Shown one piece after another: positions 49,295-59,638 of a stretch of DNA of 64,000 nt. The translations under genes and the position numbers were made by a program. The DNA comes from Bacilli bacterium. GTDB taxonomy: Bacteria; Bacillota_I; Bacilli_A; RFN20; CAG-826. How positions within the stretch are numbered: the stretch's first letter is position 1; every line of letters starts with the position of its first letter. Under the pieces are notes generated by a model. That model was given only the letters and a program-made list of their open reading frames with translations, was not told where the DNA came from and searched no databases. The stretch spans positions 128,001 through 192,000 of the forward strand of contig JAZLKX010000052.1 of the NCBI GenBank assembly GCA_045597865.1. Direction: 5' to 3'.

Positions 49295-50569
49295 ATGAGT
49301 AACATTAGATGGGTATCATTTCAGCCGCTCGTGGGAGGAATGGTACTCGGTGCAGAAAATGCTTTTGGCTGTAAGCCGGTTTGTAACATTGACTTTGAAG
49401 GTCCAGATAAAGGCAATTCGTCTGCCTATATGTATTATCAGAACGAAGTAAAGAAAGCTGGTTTGAAGCACCTGATTCTTAATGGTGGTATTCTTTCAAT
49501 GAGCACCGAATTTAAGGATCCGACCGACGAAGAATGGTTTGTTAAGAACTGCCAGAACATTGATGTTGTTTCAGCGGTGCCTATCTGCTCAGGCTTGTCT
49601 GCAGCTAACGCAGTCAATGATAGCTCAAAGGCTACTAAGCGTGGTGCTGATGCCCAGCAGAATAACAATATGTATGGTATCGCAAAGATGACTTTTGAAC
49701 GCATCAAGCCAAAGGTATTCATCTTTGAAAATGCTCCTGCTTTGTTCACCAACTGTGGTAAGCCTGTCCGTGATAAGATTATGGAAATGGGCACAGCAAA
49801 TGGCTACTGCGTTACTTGGGTAAAGACAAATACCAATAAGCACGGCAACCCGCAGTATCGTTCTCGTACATTTGGTATCTTCTGGAAGGATACACAGACA
49901 CCTCAGCTTAAGTATGTGAATAAGCCGCATGCTTCTATCGTTGAATATCTAAGCACTATTGACCCTAAGGCAGAATACAATACATTGGAATATGCCAATA
50001 ACACAAAGGTTGGCGAAAGCGGTTGGTATAAGTACGCTAAGGCTAAGTTTGGCGATAATTGGCGTGACTGTATCGCTGGTAAGCTTGGATTCTGGGCACC
50101 GTTCCTTTCTGAATTTAGCAAGACAGGCAAATATGACTTCTCTGAACTTAAGCCTTATCTGAATGAAAAGGAATTGAAGATGGTTGAACACATTGAATAT
50201 AAGCTCTCAATTCATAAGGGCTTTATGGACTGTTCAACACCTGTCTATAAGGGACCGAATGATATTCCGACCGTATTCCACCGCCATATTCAGACGCTTG
50301 TACACCCAACAGAACTTCGTGGCTACACACTTCGTGAATTGATGAAGTTCATGGGTATGCCTGACGATTTCGTCTGGCCGAACGCTAAGAAGACACATAT
50401 TTGGGTATCGCAGAACGTTCCCGTTGTTACTTCTCAGGATTGGCACGCTCAAATTCGTGAATACCTTGAAGGAAAGCTTCCAGGCACAGGCGAAAAGGAA
50501 ACATACTTTAACAATGAAAAGGGTGAACCTGAAAAATCATTGTTAGAAGACATGTTGAATAACGGTTAA
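49295..50569 (+). CDS. atypical DNA cytosine-C5 methyltransferase-like protein B (late promoter)
   Basis: QPLVGG, PICSGLS, FENAP, PQYRSRTF, R.YTLRE...MGMPDDF, SQNVP; paralog of 23357..24712; TATAAATA at 49259. Confidence 0.8.
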   Translation: MSNIRWVSFQPLVGGMVLGAENAFGCKPVCNIDFEGPDKGNSSAYMYYQNEVKKAGLKHLILNGGILSMSTEFKDPTDEEWFVKNCQNIDVVSAVPICSGLSAANAVNDSSKATKRGADAQQNNNMYGIAKMTFERIKPKVFIFENAPALFTNCGKPVRDKIMEMGTANGYCVTWVKTNTNKHGNPQYRSRTFGIFWKDTQTPQLKYVNKPHASIVEYLSTIDPKAEYNTLEYANNTKVGESGWYKYAKAKFGDNWRDCIAGKLGFWAPFLSEFSKTGKYDFSELKPYLNEKELKMVEHIEYKLSIHKGFMDCSTPVYKGPNDIPTVFHRHIQTLVHPTELRGYTLRELMKFMGMPDDFVWPNAKKTHIWVSQNVPVVTSQDWHAQIREYLEGKLPGTGEKETYFNNEKGEPEKSLLEDMLNNG

Positions 50570-50581
50570 TAAACTGTACAT

Positions 50582-50611
50582 AGACGGTCAATAAGAATTG
50601 GCCGTCTTTTT
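50582..50611 (+). terminator. intrinsic terminator
   Basis: AGACGGTCAAT-AAGA-ATTGGCCGTCT plus T run. Confidence 0.8.
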
Positions 50612-50676
50612 AGTCTTAAGAAATTATTTTGTTATCAGTTTAGCAAAACCAACATAAACTTTATTAAATTTGTTAT

Positions 50677-52434
50677 ATGAATAAAGAAGAAATCATTGAA
50701 CAATGTGAAACATGGGCGAAGGCCAACCTTGACCCAAACTTTGAATTTAGAAAATACCAGCTTGAGTCAATAGTCTGTATTATTGAGCGTGTTATTGGCA
50801 AAGTAAAAACACAGGTTATGAATGCGCCAACAGGCTCAGGCAAATCGCTGACTGCTATTATTGCAGCTGGCGTGCTTTGGGAGTATTACAAGAAAAGAAC
50901 ATATATTCTTGTTTCTGACCTTAGCTTGTTTGACCAATATGAACAGGATCTTGCTCGCTATAACCTTCCTTGGGGTCACCTCAAAGGTAAAGACAATTAT
51001 GTTTGTGCAAGAAATGGCAATATCGTCAGCTGTGGTGAATGTGCTTTGAATATGGTTGGTACGACTGTGCTTAGTGACGATGCTCAAGCAGCCCAGCGTG
51101 GTTATGACTGTGCTAAAAACTGCGAATACATCAAGATGCGAAATCTTGCTATCAAGGCACCTGTCACTGTTATGACATACCAGCTGTATTTGATACAAAG
51201 GAATTATGTTGACACATTGATGGCTGCTGCAACAGGTGAAGCACCGTTTCCAGCCCGTGATTTTGTTATCTGTGATGAAGCTCATAAACTGCCTGATATT
51301 ATTCAGAACCACTTCGCACCGCGCATTCCGACCAAAGAACCTGAATTTATGAAGACACTGAATGAATATGCTAAGAAGCACAAACTAGCTGTTCCGAATA
51401 GCAAACAGGTTACTACCATTTCAGCTAACATACAGGCAACTGATAATCATAACGCTATCATTGCTATTATGCAGCGTTATAGTAACCTATTGTCGCAGTA
51501 TACTTCCATTAACGAAGAAGTTCGCAAGTTTGCCCAGGCGTCAAAACAGTTTAAGACGCTGAACAAATACCTAGCTGCTGGAAATCTTGCTAGGGAATGT
51601 AATTGTAAGTTTGGTGACTTCCTTACTTTGTGTGGTGAACTAGGTAATTCTATTGCCGTAAAAACTGATGGTGAAGATGAAACAGTAATCAACTGTACTT
51701 ATGAAGGACAAATGATTACGAAGTACTTCCATAATGTCAGTGAATGTGAATTGCTTATGAGCGCTACTTTAGGAAACCTTCAAATGTACCGCGAATGCAT
51801 TGGGTTAAAGAATGCTGCTGATGATATGTATAGAGGGTTGGATATTCCGTCTACATTTGACTTCAGTAAATCACCTATCTATTTCAGCGACAAGAACCCG
51901 ATGAGCTATAAGGAAAAAGCAACAAGCATTGGACCAATTTGTCAGCAGATAGCCGCTATTATTAAGACCCACAAGGGACAGCGAGGTATTATCCAAACGG
52001 GTAATTACGAGAACTCGCGAAAGCTCATGGAGAAGCTTCCAGCCGATCTTAAAAAGCGCATTATTCTTTACGGCTCAGCAAAAGAGAAAAATTACGCAAT
52101 GTCAAAATACCTAAATTCCACTGACGGTATTCTTGTTGGACCGACATTGCTTGAAGGCTTGAACTTTGATGGCGATAAATGCCGGTTCTGTATCTGTATG
52201 AAACTGCCGTATGGTAATCTGTCCAATAACCTTGTGGCGGCTAAAATGAAACTGATACCTGATTGGTATAGCTATGACTGTGCGGCTCGCCTTGAACAAG
52301 GCTTTGGACGCGGCGTTCGTTATAATGGCGACTGGTGTGTAAACTACATCCTAGACGGCTGCATAGCCAATTTCTTACGATACAGTTCAAATCAGTTTAG
52401 CAGAAACACAATGGCAAGGTTTAAAAAACTATAG
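50677..52434 (+). CDS. DinG/XPD-family SF2 helicase
   Basis: FRKYQ Q-motif, APTGSGKS, LKGKDNYVC with Fe-S-like cysteines, DEAH, MSATL, EGL.F, KLPY, QGFGRGVR...DW. Confidence 0.92.
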   Translation: MNKEEIIEQCETWAKANLDPNFEFRKYQLESIVCIIERVIGKVKTQVMNAPTGSGKSLTAIIAAGVLWEYYKKRTYILVSDLSLFDQYEQDLARYNLPWGHLKGKDNYVCARNGNIVSCGECALNMVGTTVLSDDAQAAQRGYDCAKNCEYIKMRNLAIKAPVTVMTYQLYLIQRNYVDTLMAAATGEAPFPARDFVICDEAHKLPDIIQNHFAPRIPTKEPEFMKTLNEYAKKHKLAVPNSKQVTTISANIQATDNHNAIIAIMQRYSNLLSQYTSINEEVRKFAQASKQFKTLNKYLAAGNLARECNCKFGDFLTLCGELGNSIAVKTDGEDETVINCTYEGQMITKYFHNVSECELLMSATLGNLQMYRECIGLKNAADDMYRGLDIPSTFDFSKSPIYFSDKNPMSYKEKATSIGPICQQIAAIIKTHKGQRGIIQTGNYENSRKLMEKLPADLKKRIILYGSAKEKNYAMSKYLNSTDGILVGPTLLEGLNFDGDKCRFCICMKLPYGNLSNNLVAAKMKLIPDWYSYDCAARLEQGFGRGVRYNGDWCVNYILDGCIANFLRYSSNQFSRNTMARFKKL

Positions 52435-52444
52435 GAGAAAAATT

Positions 52445-53047
52445 ATGTCTTTATCCATACACCAGCTTGATGATGACATTAGGCATTATGAAACAAAGCT
52501 GGCTTTTCATAAAAAACTAAAAGCTGATATTGAAAGCTGTGAGTTTATACAGAAGTTGTCTGCAATGCCAAATATCAAGGTTAATATCGAGTACCCAAAT
52601 CAAGGACGAAACTTCAGCCGAGACTTTGTTGGATATACTGTACATTTTTATGCATCTGGAAAAGACAGCCAAGATCTGCCTAGCCTTTTCTATATCACAG
52701 GTAACATAAAACCATCTACTGAAGATAACGAACAATGGATAACTCTAAACCGTATTTCTTTTACTGGTCTTTGCCATGCAAAAACCGGTGCTTTATATAA
52801 AGCTGTAGATAACGCAACATTTAGAAAGTATAGTGGTGCAGGCGATATGAACAAAGCTTTTGACTTATTCACTATGATAAATGAAGTTATCACTAGCTGT
52901 GATGATTACACATACGAAACATATTGGAATGGCGCTAAATACAAATGTCCGTCACAATCAATGGTTGATGGTTTAACTAGAAAGTTTACTGTTATCAAGC
53001 AGAAAGCGGACATTATGAAAGAGTCCAAAAGGCTGAAAGCTAAGTAG
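52445..53047 (+). CDS. hypothetical protein
   Basis: AGGAG RBS, 200 aa. Confidence 0.7.
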   Translation: MSLSIHQLDDDIRHYETKLAFHKKLKADIESCEFIQKLSAMPNIKVNIEYPNQGRNFSRDFVGYTVHFYASGKDSQDLPSLFYITGNIKPSTEDNEQWITLNRISFTGLCHAKTGALYKAVDNATFRKYSGAGDMNKAFDLFTMINEVITSCDDYTYETYWNGAKYKCPSQSMVDGLTRKFTVIKQKADIMKESKRLKAK

Positions 53048-53092
53048 CACCTAACTAAACCTCTAGTAATAAATATATTAGAGGTTTAGTTT

Positions 53093-53962
53093 ATGATGAA
53101 TTTTAAAGATCCGCGTCCTGCGCCGCCATCTCCGGCTCCATACGATCCTAAGCGTCAGCCGGATCCACAGCCAGGCAATTATTGTGCAGCCCAAGATGGC
53201 TTTATGGCTGCTCATCGTATTCAGAATGTAGCTGAACTGCGTGCTTATATCAAAAGACAGCTTGGTTCTCCTGTTATTTGTGTTGAAATTTCTGACGAAC
53301 AGCTAGATGACATTATCCGCGATACTGTTCAGTATATTCAGCGTTATTATCTAGGTCAGGGTAATTATAGCGATTACCTTATTATGGAATTACTGCCAGG
53401 TGTTTCCAAGTATAAATTATGTCAGGAATTAGAGTCAGTCGTTGACTTCAAGACTTCCAATTATTTTGGCGGTATTAACGAACTTTTCACGGTTCCGCAT
53501 GCTTTGCTATATGACCAGGTTATGGGCATGAACTGCTGGCAGGGTAACTGCTTCGGTAACTCAGCTTCTTATGGTAACATTTTGGGTAACTGGAAGGCAA
53601 CCTTGACATGGCTTGCCGAGGCTGATGAAATGTTTGGTGAACACTATGTTGTTCGCTATAATGAAAAAGAAAAAGAGCTTGAAGTTATGCCTCCACCAAA
53701 AACGCCTGTTAAGGGTATGATGAAGGTTTACAAGCGTCAGCGTTCAGAAAAGATTTTCAATGACTGGATGTTCAAAAAGATGGTTGTTGCTAAGGCTGGT
53801 ATGGTATGGACCAACGCGCTGAGGAAATATCAGTTAGCGATTTCAGGCGGCGGTTCCTTGAACGCCGACTCGCTCTATACAACATACAAAGAAGACTGGG
53901 ATTGGTGCGTAGAACACATTGAATTTGAAAGTCCAAATGGCCACTGTTTCGCGGTAGGTTAA
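53093..53962 (+). CDS. gp13: neck / head-tail adaptor protein, T4 gp13-like
   Basis: EL..YI.RQLG.PVI.VE....QL.D.I, W.NAL.KY.....GG..LN, terminal F.VG. Confidence 0.9.
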   Translation: MMNFKDPRPAPPSPAPYDPKRQPDPQPGNYCAAQDGFMAAHRIQNVAELRAYIKRQLGSPVICVEISDEQLDDIIRDTVQYIQRYYLGQGNYSDYLIMELLPGVSKYKLCQELESVVDFKTSNYFGGINELFTVPHALLYDQVMGMNCWQGNCFGNSASYGNILGNWKATLTWLAEADEMFGEHYVVRYNEKEKELEVMPPPKTPVKGMMKVYKRQRSEKIFNDWMFKKMVVAKAGMVWTNALRKYQLAISGGGSLNADSLYTTYKEDWDWCVEHIEFESPNGHCFAVG

Positions 53963-54096
53963 GTAAACAAAATTTTACATTAAGGACAGATAGGTTGTCA
54001 ATTCCTATTTGGCAGGGCACGCCAATGCCCTGCCTAACTTATATAAATAATATAGACGAATTGGCGTTCGTCTTAAAATAAAGGAAATTGACAATG
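53963..54096 (+). promoter_or_regulatory. structured leader (4 hairpins plus late promoter) of nuclease-MTase copy 2
   Basis: Homologous to 20900-21032 with covarying stems and loops; TATAAATA at 54042-54049. Confidence 0.8.
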
Positions 54097-55839
54097 GATA
54101 TAGAAAATGCTATTTTTATTGATGAAAATGCAGATCTTCATCAAATTAAAAACACCAATACAGTAAAATTCATATGCAAAGACTGCGATAACGCAGTCTA
54201 TATGATTTTTAAATGCTTCAAAAAATCCAAATTATTTTTGTGTAAGTCTTGTAAAACAAAAAAGACATGCACCGTTAAATATGGCAGTCCAAATATGTTT
54301 GCGTCAGATGCTTTAAAGCAGGCGAGACTGAAAAAACAAAATGGCAAATGGATAACCGATGATGCTAAAGAAAAAATGAAAACGACTAAGACAGAAAAAT
54401 ACGATGATCCGTATTATACAAATAGAGCAAAATCAGCAGAATCCTTTAAACGTCACAAAGAAGAAAAACCGCATTTCTTAGAAAGCATTAAAGAAAAAAC
54501 AAAAAATACATGCATGCAAAAATATAATGTTGAACATGTTTCACATACACAAGAATGGCAAGATAAACATAAATTAACTTGTTTAGAAAAATACGGCACC
54601 GAATGGTATTTTCAGTCAAATGACGCTAAAACCAAAATAACGCAATCATTGCTTACTAGATATAATGTTGAACATGCACTACAATGCGATAAATTTAAAA
54701 CCAAGGCATTTAGCAAACATGGCATGACACGTCCTGAAAAAAAGATTTATGAATTTTTAACTAATCGTAAATTTCAATTCAAACACCAGTATGCAGTCAA
54801 TGGCAAGTCATTTGATTTTGCGATTTTTAATAATGATAAATTGGAAATCTTAATTGAAATAGACGGCGTGTATTTTCATGGACTGTTGGAAGACTGCAAT
54901 GGCAAACACAGCCGCGGTGAACTAGACCATGAAAGATTTGCATTAGTTCCAGAAAATGTTAAATTTATAGTATGCGATGACAAAAATATTGACGCATGTT
55001 TTAGTGAAATTCTAAAAGTGTATGATATTAACTATGATAAATGGATTGATGATATGATTGAAGCATTACCGGCTAATTTTCCATACCCATCATATACTTT
55101 GAAACGAATGATGAAAGATTATGATCATTTAATTAAAAACGATTATAACAAACACGCAAATTTAGGATTAAGTATCATTCATAACTTTCATAAATCAATA
55201 TGGACTGCGCATCGTGAAAATATGTTATCTCCAGTATCATGCTGGCAAGATCCTGAAAAGTTAAAAAAATCAGTTAAGAATCGTGTAATATACAGTTCAT
55301 CATTATCATCACAGCAAATTGCTCGTGGATTTAATATTAGTGGTATAGCGAAAACCGTTTCAGTTTTCAACGCATCATTAGCAAAACACATCATTGAAAC
55401 ATATCTTGCTGAATATGATACTGTTTTTGACCCATTTAGCGGTTTTAGTGGCAGAATGCTTGGAACATGTGCATGTAATAAAAAGTACATTGGCCAAGAT
55501 ATCAATGAAAAACATGTAAACGAAAGCAATGAAATCATCAAAACATTTAATCTAAATGCAGCAGTCACAGAAAAAGACATATTTGAAAGCGAAGGTGAGT
55601 ATGACTGCCTATTTACATGCAGTCCGTATCATTTAAAAGAAATCTGGAATGAAACTGAAACTGACATGAGCTGCGATGCATGGATTGACGAATGTCTTAA
55701 ACGATTTAAATGTAAACGATATGTGTTTGTGGTTGACGAAACGGAAAAGTATAAAGACTTCGTTGCTGAGACATTAGTCAATAAAAGTCATTTTGGTAAA
55801 AACAATGAATTTATCATCGTAATAAATAATATAAAATAA
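54094..55839 (+). CDS. homing-endonuclease-like nuclease / amino-methyltransferase fusion, copy 2 (Vsr/DUF559-type nuclease)
   Basis: CxxC..CxxC, KYG/KYN repeats, TRPEKKI...FDF...IEIDGVYFH, DPFSGFSGR, FTCSPY; ATG 54094 preferred by RBS spacing. Confidence 0.8.
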   Translation: MDIENAIFIDENADLHQIKNTNTVKFICKDCDNAVYMIFKCFKKSKLFLCKSCKTKKTCTVKYGSPNMFASDALKQARLKKQNGKWITDDAKEKMKTTKTEKYDDPYYTNRAKSAESFKRHKEEKPHFLESIKEKTKNTCMQKYNVEHVSHTQEWQDKHKLTCLEKYGTEWYFQSNDAKTKITQSLLTRYNVEHALQCDKFKTKAFSKHGMTRPEKKIYEFLTNRKFQFKHQYAVNGKSFDFAIFNNDKLEILIEIDGVYFHGLLEDCNGKHSRGELDHERFALVPENVKFIVCDDKNIDACFSEILKVYDINYDKWIDDMIEALPANFPYPSYTLKRMMKDYDHLIKNDYNKHANLGLSIIHNFHKSIWTAHRENMLSPVSCWQDPEKLKKSVKNRVIYSSSLSSQQIARGFNISGIAKTVSVFNASLAKHIIETYLAEYDTVFDPFSGFSGRMLGTCACNKKYIGQDINEKHVNESNEIIKTFNLNAAVTEKDIFESEGEYDCLFTCSPYHLKEIWNETETDMSCDAWIDECLKRFKCKRYVFVVDETEKYKDFVAETLVNKSHFGKNNEFIIVINNIK

Positions 55840-55867
55840 GATTTATTTACATTAAACATAGGTTAAA

Positions 55868-56521
55868 ATGCTTTTGTCTGAGGCAAATCAAATACTTAAT
55901 TCGGCTGGATATAGCCTTATCTGTGAAGAGTTTGAAAAAGTAACTCCTGAAATCCTAGATAAGGTTACTCAGCGTGTTTCTGACCATATTACTCGCGTTA
56001 AGCATTTCTATAATGTATTGCTTAATAGTAATATGATTCCTGCTGAATACAAAAATACAGCAAGCGTAATGAAACATGACCGTGATAAATTAGCTCCACG
56101 TAACTTAAAAAGACAGGCATTGCGTTACTGCTATACTGAAGAAGAAATGACACCTGAAATTAAGCGTGAAATTAACGCAGTGGTTCAAGAACATGTAACT
56201 GCTAACAAGCATCACGCCGAATACTGGTGGTCAGGTGACTGGAAAGACAAAAATCAAGACTGTACATCAATGCCGCTTGAATACATTTATGAAATGATGG
56301 CTGATTGGGCTGCTACTGCTGAAGAGCGCGGAACCTCGTTAGTCAAATGGTATACAGACGGTGTAGTTAATGTTGGCGGTGTTCATTGGAAATTTACTGA
56401 TGAGGCTGCTGCTGAAATTGCTAAATGCGTCAATTTCCTTAAAGACAAAATTGACCCATCAATGAAAAGAAACTATGGGCTAACACAAATCGCATCATTA
56501 ACGGCGATGCTGGCTAAATAA
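55868..56521 (+). CDS. HD-domain (DUF5662-like) protein
   Basis: H...V, HDRDK, H...NKHHAEYW, MP...I.EMMADW.A. Confidence 0.75.
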   Translation: MLLSEANQILNSAGYSLICEEFEKVTPEILDKVTQRVSDHITRVKHFYNVLLNSNMIPAEYKNTASVMKHDRDKLAPRNLKRQALRYCYTEEEMTPEIKREINAVVQEHVTANKHHAEYWWSGDWKDKNQDCTSMPLEYIYEMMADWAATAEERGTSLVKWYTDGVVNVGGVHWKFTDEAAAEIAKCVNFLKDKIDPSMKRNYGLTQIASLTAMLAK

Positions 56522-56556
56522 TTTGTCCCGGAGATAGTGCTCTGGAACTTACCCAG

Positions 56557-56585
56557 GCTAGGGAACAAAAGTTCCCTAGCTTTTT
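56557..56585 (+). terminator. terminator between convergent genes
   Basis: GCTAGGGAAC-AAAA-GTTCCCTAGC-TTTTT. Confidence 0.85.
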
Positions 56586-56588
56586 AGT

Positions 56589-57116
56589 TTACAGTTCCAT
56601 ATACCGATCGTCCCACATTGGAACATCTTCATCGCAAATAGATTTTGACCCAATAGTCAACGGTTCAGATTCCATGTCAGTTTCGCCGTTAAAATCTTCA
56701 AGTTGAAATCCGTAGTTTTGATAACATGCCTGAGCAGTCAAATTATCTCGTCCAGTATAGAGACGAATGTACTTAAATCCCAGCCTTCTTGCTTCTGCCT
56801 CAAACAGCTCAAGGATTTTTGTGCCATATCCTTTTCTACGATGTTCTGGCAAAACGGAAAACCATCCGAGCCAGGCTGATTCCTTTTCTTCGATTTTCGT
56901 TGTGTATAGACCCCATTGCCCAACCAAAGTATCTTCGTCGTAAACGAGATAATACTTTACATTTACATCACCTATGCCCAAAACGGAACATTCAAAAATG
57001 TCTTTACCGTCCATAAATGTATAGTCAAGTGCTGCTTCTTTAGGAAAGTTTGTCTTCCAAAGATCCTGAATTATTTTAAGATTATCTTTGTTAATAGGTA
57101 CGCTTCTAAGATTCAT
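56589..57116 (-). CDS. GNAT N-acetyltransferase, paralog of 11289..11822
   Basis: ESAWLGWFSVLPEHRRKGYG, N.TAQACYQNYGF; AAGGA RBS on the minus strand. Confidence 0.9.
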   Translation of the reverse strand: MNLRSVPINKDNLKIIQDLWKTNFPKEAALDYTFMDGKDIFECSVLGIGDVNVKYYLVYDEDTLVGQWGLYTTKIEEKESAWLGWFSVLPEHRRKGYGTKILELFEAEARRLGFKYIRLYTGRDNLTAQACYQNYGFQLEDFNGETDMESEPLTIGSKSICDEDVPMWDDRYMEL

Positions 57117-57141
57117 ATGATATTCCTTATCTTTCTTTGCT

Positions 57142-57153
57142 TATTTATAAATA
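57142..57153. promoter_or_regulatory. palindromic bidirectional late promoter TATTTATAAATA
   Basis: TATAAATA on both strands between the divergent GNAT and gp21 genes. Confidence 0.65.
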
Positions 57154-57172
57154 AATCAAAGGAGATTTTAAT

Positions 57173-57838
57173 ATGGAAGACGCAAAGTATCTTTTGCAGG
57201 AAGCCAACCTAGGCGACCAGCGCTCAATCTGCGAAGACTATAACGGTGAAAAATTCATGTACTTGGAAGGTCCGTTCCTTGGTGCTGAAAAACGTAACCG
57301 TAATGGTCGCATTTATAAGCGTTCTCTTATTGAACGCGAAGTTAACAAGTTCCAGACAATGATTAAGAATGCTGAATCTTTTGGCGAGTTGAACCATCCT
57401 GATTCTGCTGTTCCTAATCCTGACCGTTTCGGCGTTTTGATTACCAAGCTTGATATGGACGGCGACCTTGCTATCGGTAAGGCTCGTGTTTTGCCTACGC
57501 CTTGTGGTAAGACTATTGAAGGCATTATCCGTGGCGGTGGCCGTTTGGGTATGAGTTCTCGTGGCACAGGTTCACTTGGTGCAGACAATATCGTTTGTGA
57601 AGACTATAATTTGATTACTATTGACTGTGTATTCATGCCGTCTTGTCCAGATGCATATGTGAACGCCGTTAATGAATCTACTCAATGGGTTCTTGACGAA
57701 TCTACCAATCTTTATATCGAAAAGAAGGTTGCTGTTGACCAAGCTTATAATAAGTTCCACAAGGAAATTGATAAACGCGGCTCAAAAGCAATAGTCAATG
57801 CTTTTAAAGACTATTTGAATGTGATTAAAGGTTGCTAA
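57173..57838 (+). CDS. gp21: prohead protease, T4 gp21-like
   Basis: YLEGPF..AE.RNRNGRIY, GELNHP, G.ARVL.TP.G, LGMSSRGTGSL, D.V..PS.PDAY. Confidence 0.95.
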   Translation: MEDAKYLLQEANLGDQRSICEDYNGEKFMYLEGPFLGAEKRNRNGRIYKRSLIEREVNKFQTMIKNAESFGELNHPDSAVPNPDRFGVLITKLDMDGDLAIGKARVLPTPCGKTIEGIIRGGGRLGMSSRGTGSLGADNIVCEDYNLITIDCVFMPSCPDAYVNAVNESTQWVLDESTNLYIEKKVAVDQAYNKFHKEIDKRGSKAIVNAFKDYLNVIKGC

Positions 57839-57914
57839 TAAATAGAGTACAGCTAAGCCAGAACTTAGCTGTATTTTTATAAGTTAACGCCGTCTAAATA
57901 CCGAGGTGTCCTGA

Positions 57915-59636
57915 ATGATTTGTAAAGAATGTGGATGTGATGTTGGCTCGCTAGGTATGCACATTAAGCATAAACATGGAATGAATGCTGAAACATACTA
58001 TAATAAACATATAGCTGCAACTAATGGAATTTGTAAAACATGTGGAAAGCCAACAAAATTCATTGGTATAGAAAAAGGCGGATATAGACAATACTGCAGT
58101 GTTAAATGCATGGCTAATTCTGAAGAAATTAAAGATAAGCGTGAACAGACTAATCTTAAAATTCGTGGAGTCAAATGTAATCTAGCTTCAGCAGAAAATC
58201 GTGAAAAACAGTATGAAACGTGCCTAAAGAAATATGGAACGAAATTTCCACAACAGTTAGATAGCATTAAAGAGAAGGCGAAAACAACCAATCTTGAAAG
58301 ACGCGGAACTGAATGGTTTGTGCAAACAGATGAATTTAAAGAAAAGATAAAACAGAACTGTTTGAATAAATCAGATGGAAAATACACATGGACTTCGCAG
58401 TTTCCTGAAACCATTGAAAAACGTGTTGCTGCGTTTAAAGAAAATCATGAACAATGGTTAAACCGTTATACCGAAACGTGCAATGAACGTTATGGCGTAA
58501 ACAATCCAATGCAAGTTCCGGAAATTCGTAAAAGATCTCAGCACAAATATACATATGATGGAATTAACTTCGACAGTAGTGCAGAACTGGCATATTATAT
58601 CTGGCTTACAGACAAAAATGTTAAGTTTGAATACCAGCCAAATGTTTCATTTAGTTTTGCTTATAATGGAAAAGAACATTCATATCAGCCAGATTTTCTA
58701 GTAGATGGCAAATACATAGAACTAAAAGGAAGTTACTTTTTTGAAAATGGTAAAATGATAAACCCGTATGACAGAACACAAGACGGTTTATACGAAGCAA
58801 AACATCAATGTATGATTGCTAATAATGTACAGATAGTCACTGATTATTCGTCATACAAAAACTATGTAGACGAAAAGTATACAAAAGACTTTCTTCAACT
58901 ATTTAGAAATGATCTTCCATTTCCATATATAAATGCTGACTTATCTGATACAAGTGATTTAGGCGTAATTCATCACTTTCATAAATCAATATATGAAGCT
59001 TCCAGAAAAAATACCGTTTCGCCGCTGCTTGCGTGGGAAAACAAAGAATTGGTTAAGAAGTGTGCATTGAATAGACTTAAATATGTTAAACGTTGTAAGC
59101 CGGGAGATATTCTTCAGGGATTTAATGTTGCCAAAATAGCGCCAAAAGTTTCATTATTTAAGCCAACATTGGCTGAAAGGCTAATAAACAAATATCTTGC
59201 CAAATATGATACCGTTTTTGACCCATTTAGTGGTTTTTCGGGAAGAATGATCGGCTGTGAGAACTGTGGCAAAAAATATATTGGACAAGACATAAATGAA
59301 AAACATATATCTGAAGGAAACGAAATCATTGCATATAAAAACTATCAAAATAGCAGCTTAGCCGTTCAGGATGTTTTAACCGATACCAATAAGAAATTTG
59401 CGTGTTTGTTTACTTGTCCACCCTATGGCGGTAAAGAACATTGGAATATAAATAATGATGAAGTTGAAAAAACATGCGATGAATGGATAGATATCTGTTT
59501 AGAAAAGTATGATTGTGAATCATATCTTTTTGTTGTGGATAAAACTAATAAATATAAATATAATATCGTTGAAACTATTACTAATAAAAGTCATTTTGGC
59601 AACAATAATGAATATGTTATATTCATAAAGAGGTAA
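57915..59636 (+). CDS. homing-endonuclease-like nuclease / amino-methyltransferase fusion, copy 3
   Basis: C2H2 finger, CKTC..YCS..C, KYG repeats, FDSSAE...YQPDF...ELKG, DPFSGFSGR, FTCPPY. Confidence 0.8.
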   Translation: MICKECGCDVGSLGMHIKHKHGMNAETYYNKHIAATNGICKTCGKPTKFIGIEKGGYRQYCSVKCMANSEEIKDKREQTNLKIRGVKCNLASAENREKQYETCLKKYGTKFPQQLDSIKEKAKTTNLERRGTEWFVQTDEFKEKIKQNCLNKSDGKYTWTSQFPETIEKRVAAFKENHEQWLNRYTETCNERYGVNNPMQVPEIRKRSQHKYTYDGINFDSSAELAYYIWLTDKNVKFEYQPNVSFSFAYNGKEHSYQPDFLVDGKYIELKGSYFFENGKMINPYDRTQDGLYEAKHQCMIANNVQIVTDYSSYKNYVDEKYTKDFLQLFRNDLPFPYINADLSDTSDLGVIHHFHKSIYEASRKNTVSPLLAWENKELVKKCALNRLKYVKRCKPGDILQGFNVAKIAPKVSLFKPTLAERLINKYLAKYDTVFDPFSGFSGRMIGCENCGKKYIGQDINEKHISEGNEIIAYKNYQNSSLAVQDVLTDTNKKFACLFTCPPYGGKEHWNINNDEVEKTCDEWIDICLEKYDCESYLFVVDKTNKYKYNIVETITNKSHFGNNNEYVIFIKR

Positions 59637-59638
59637 AC

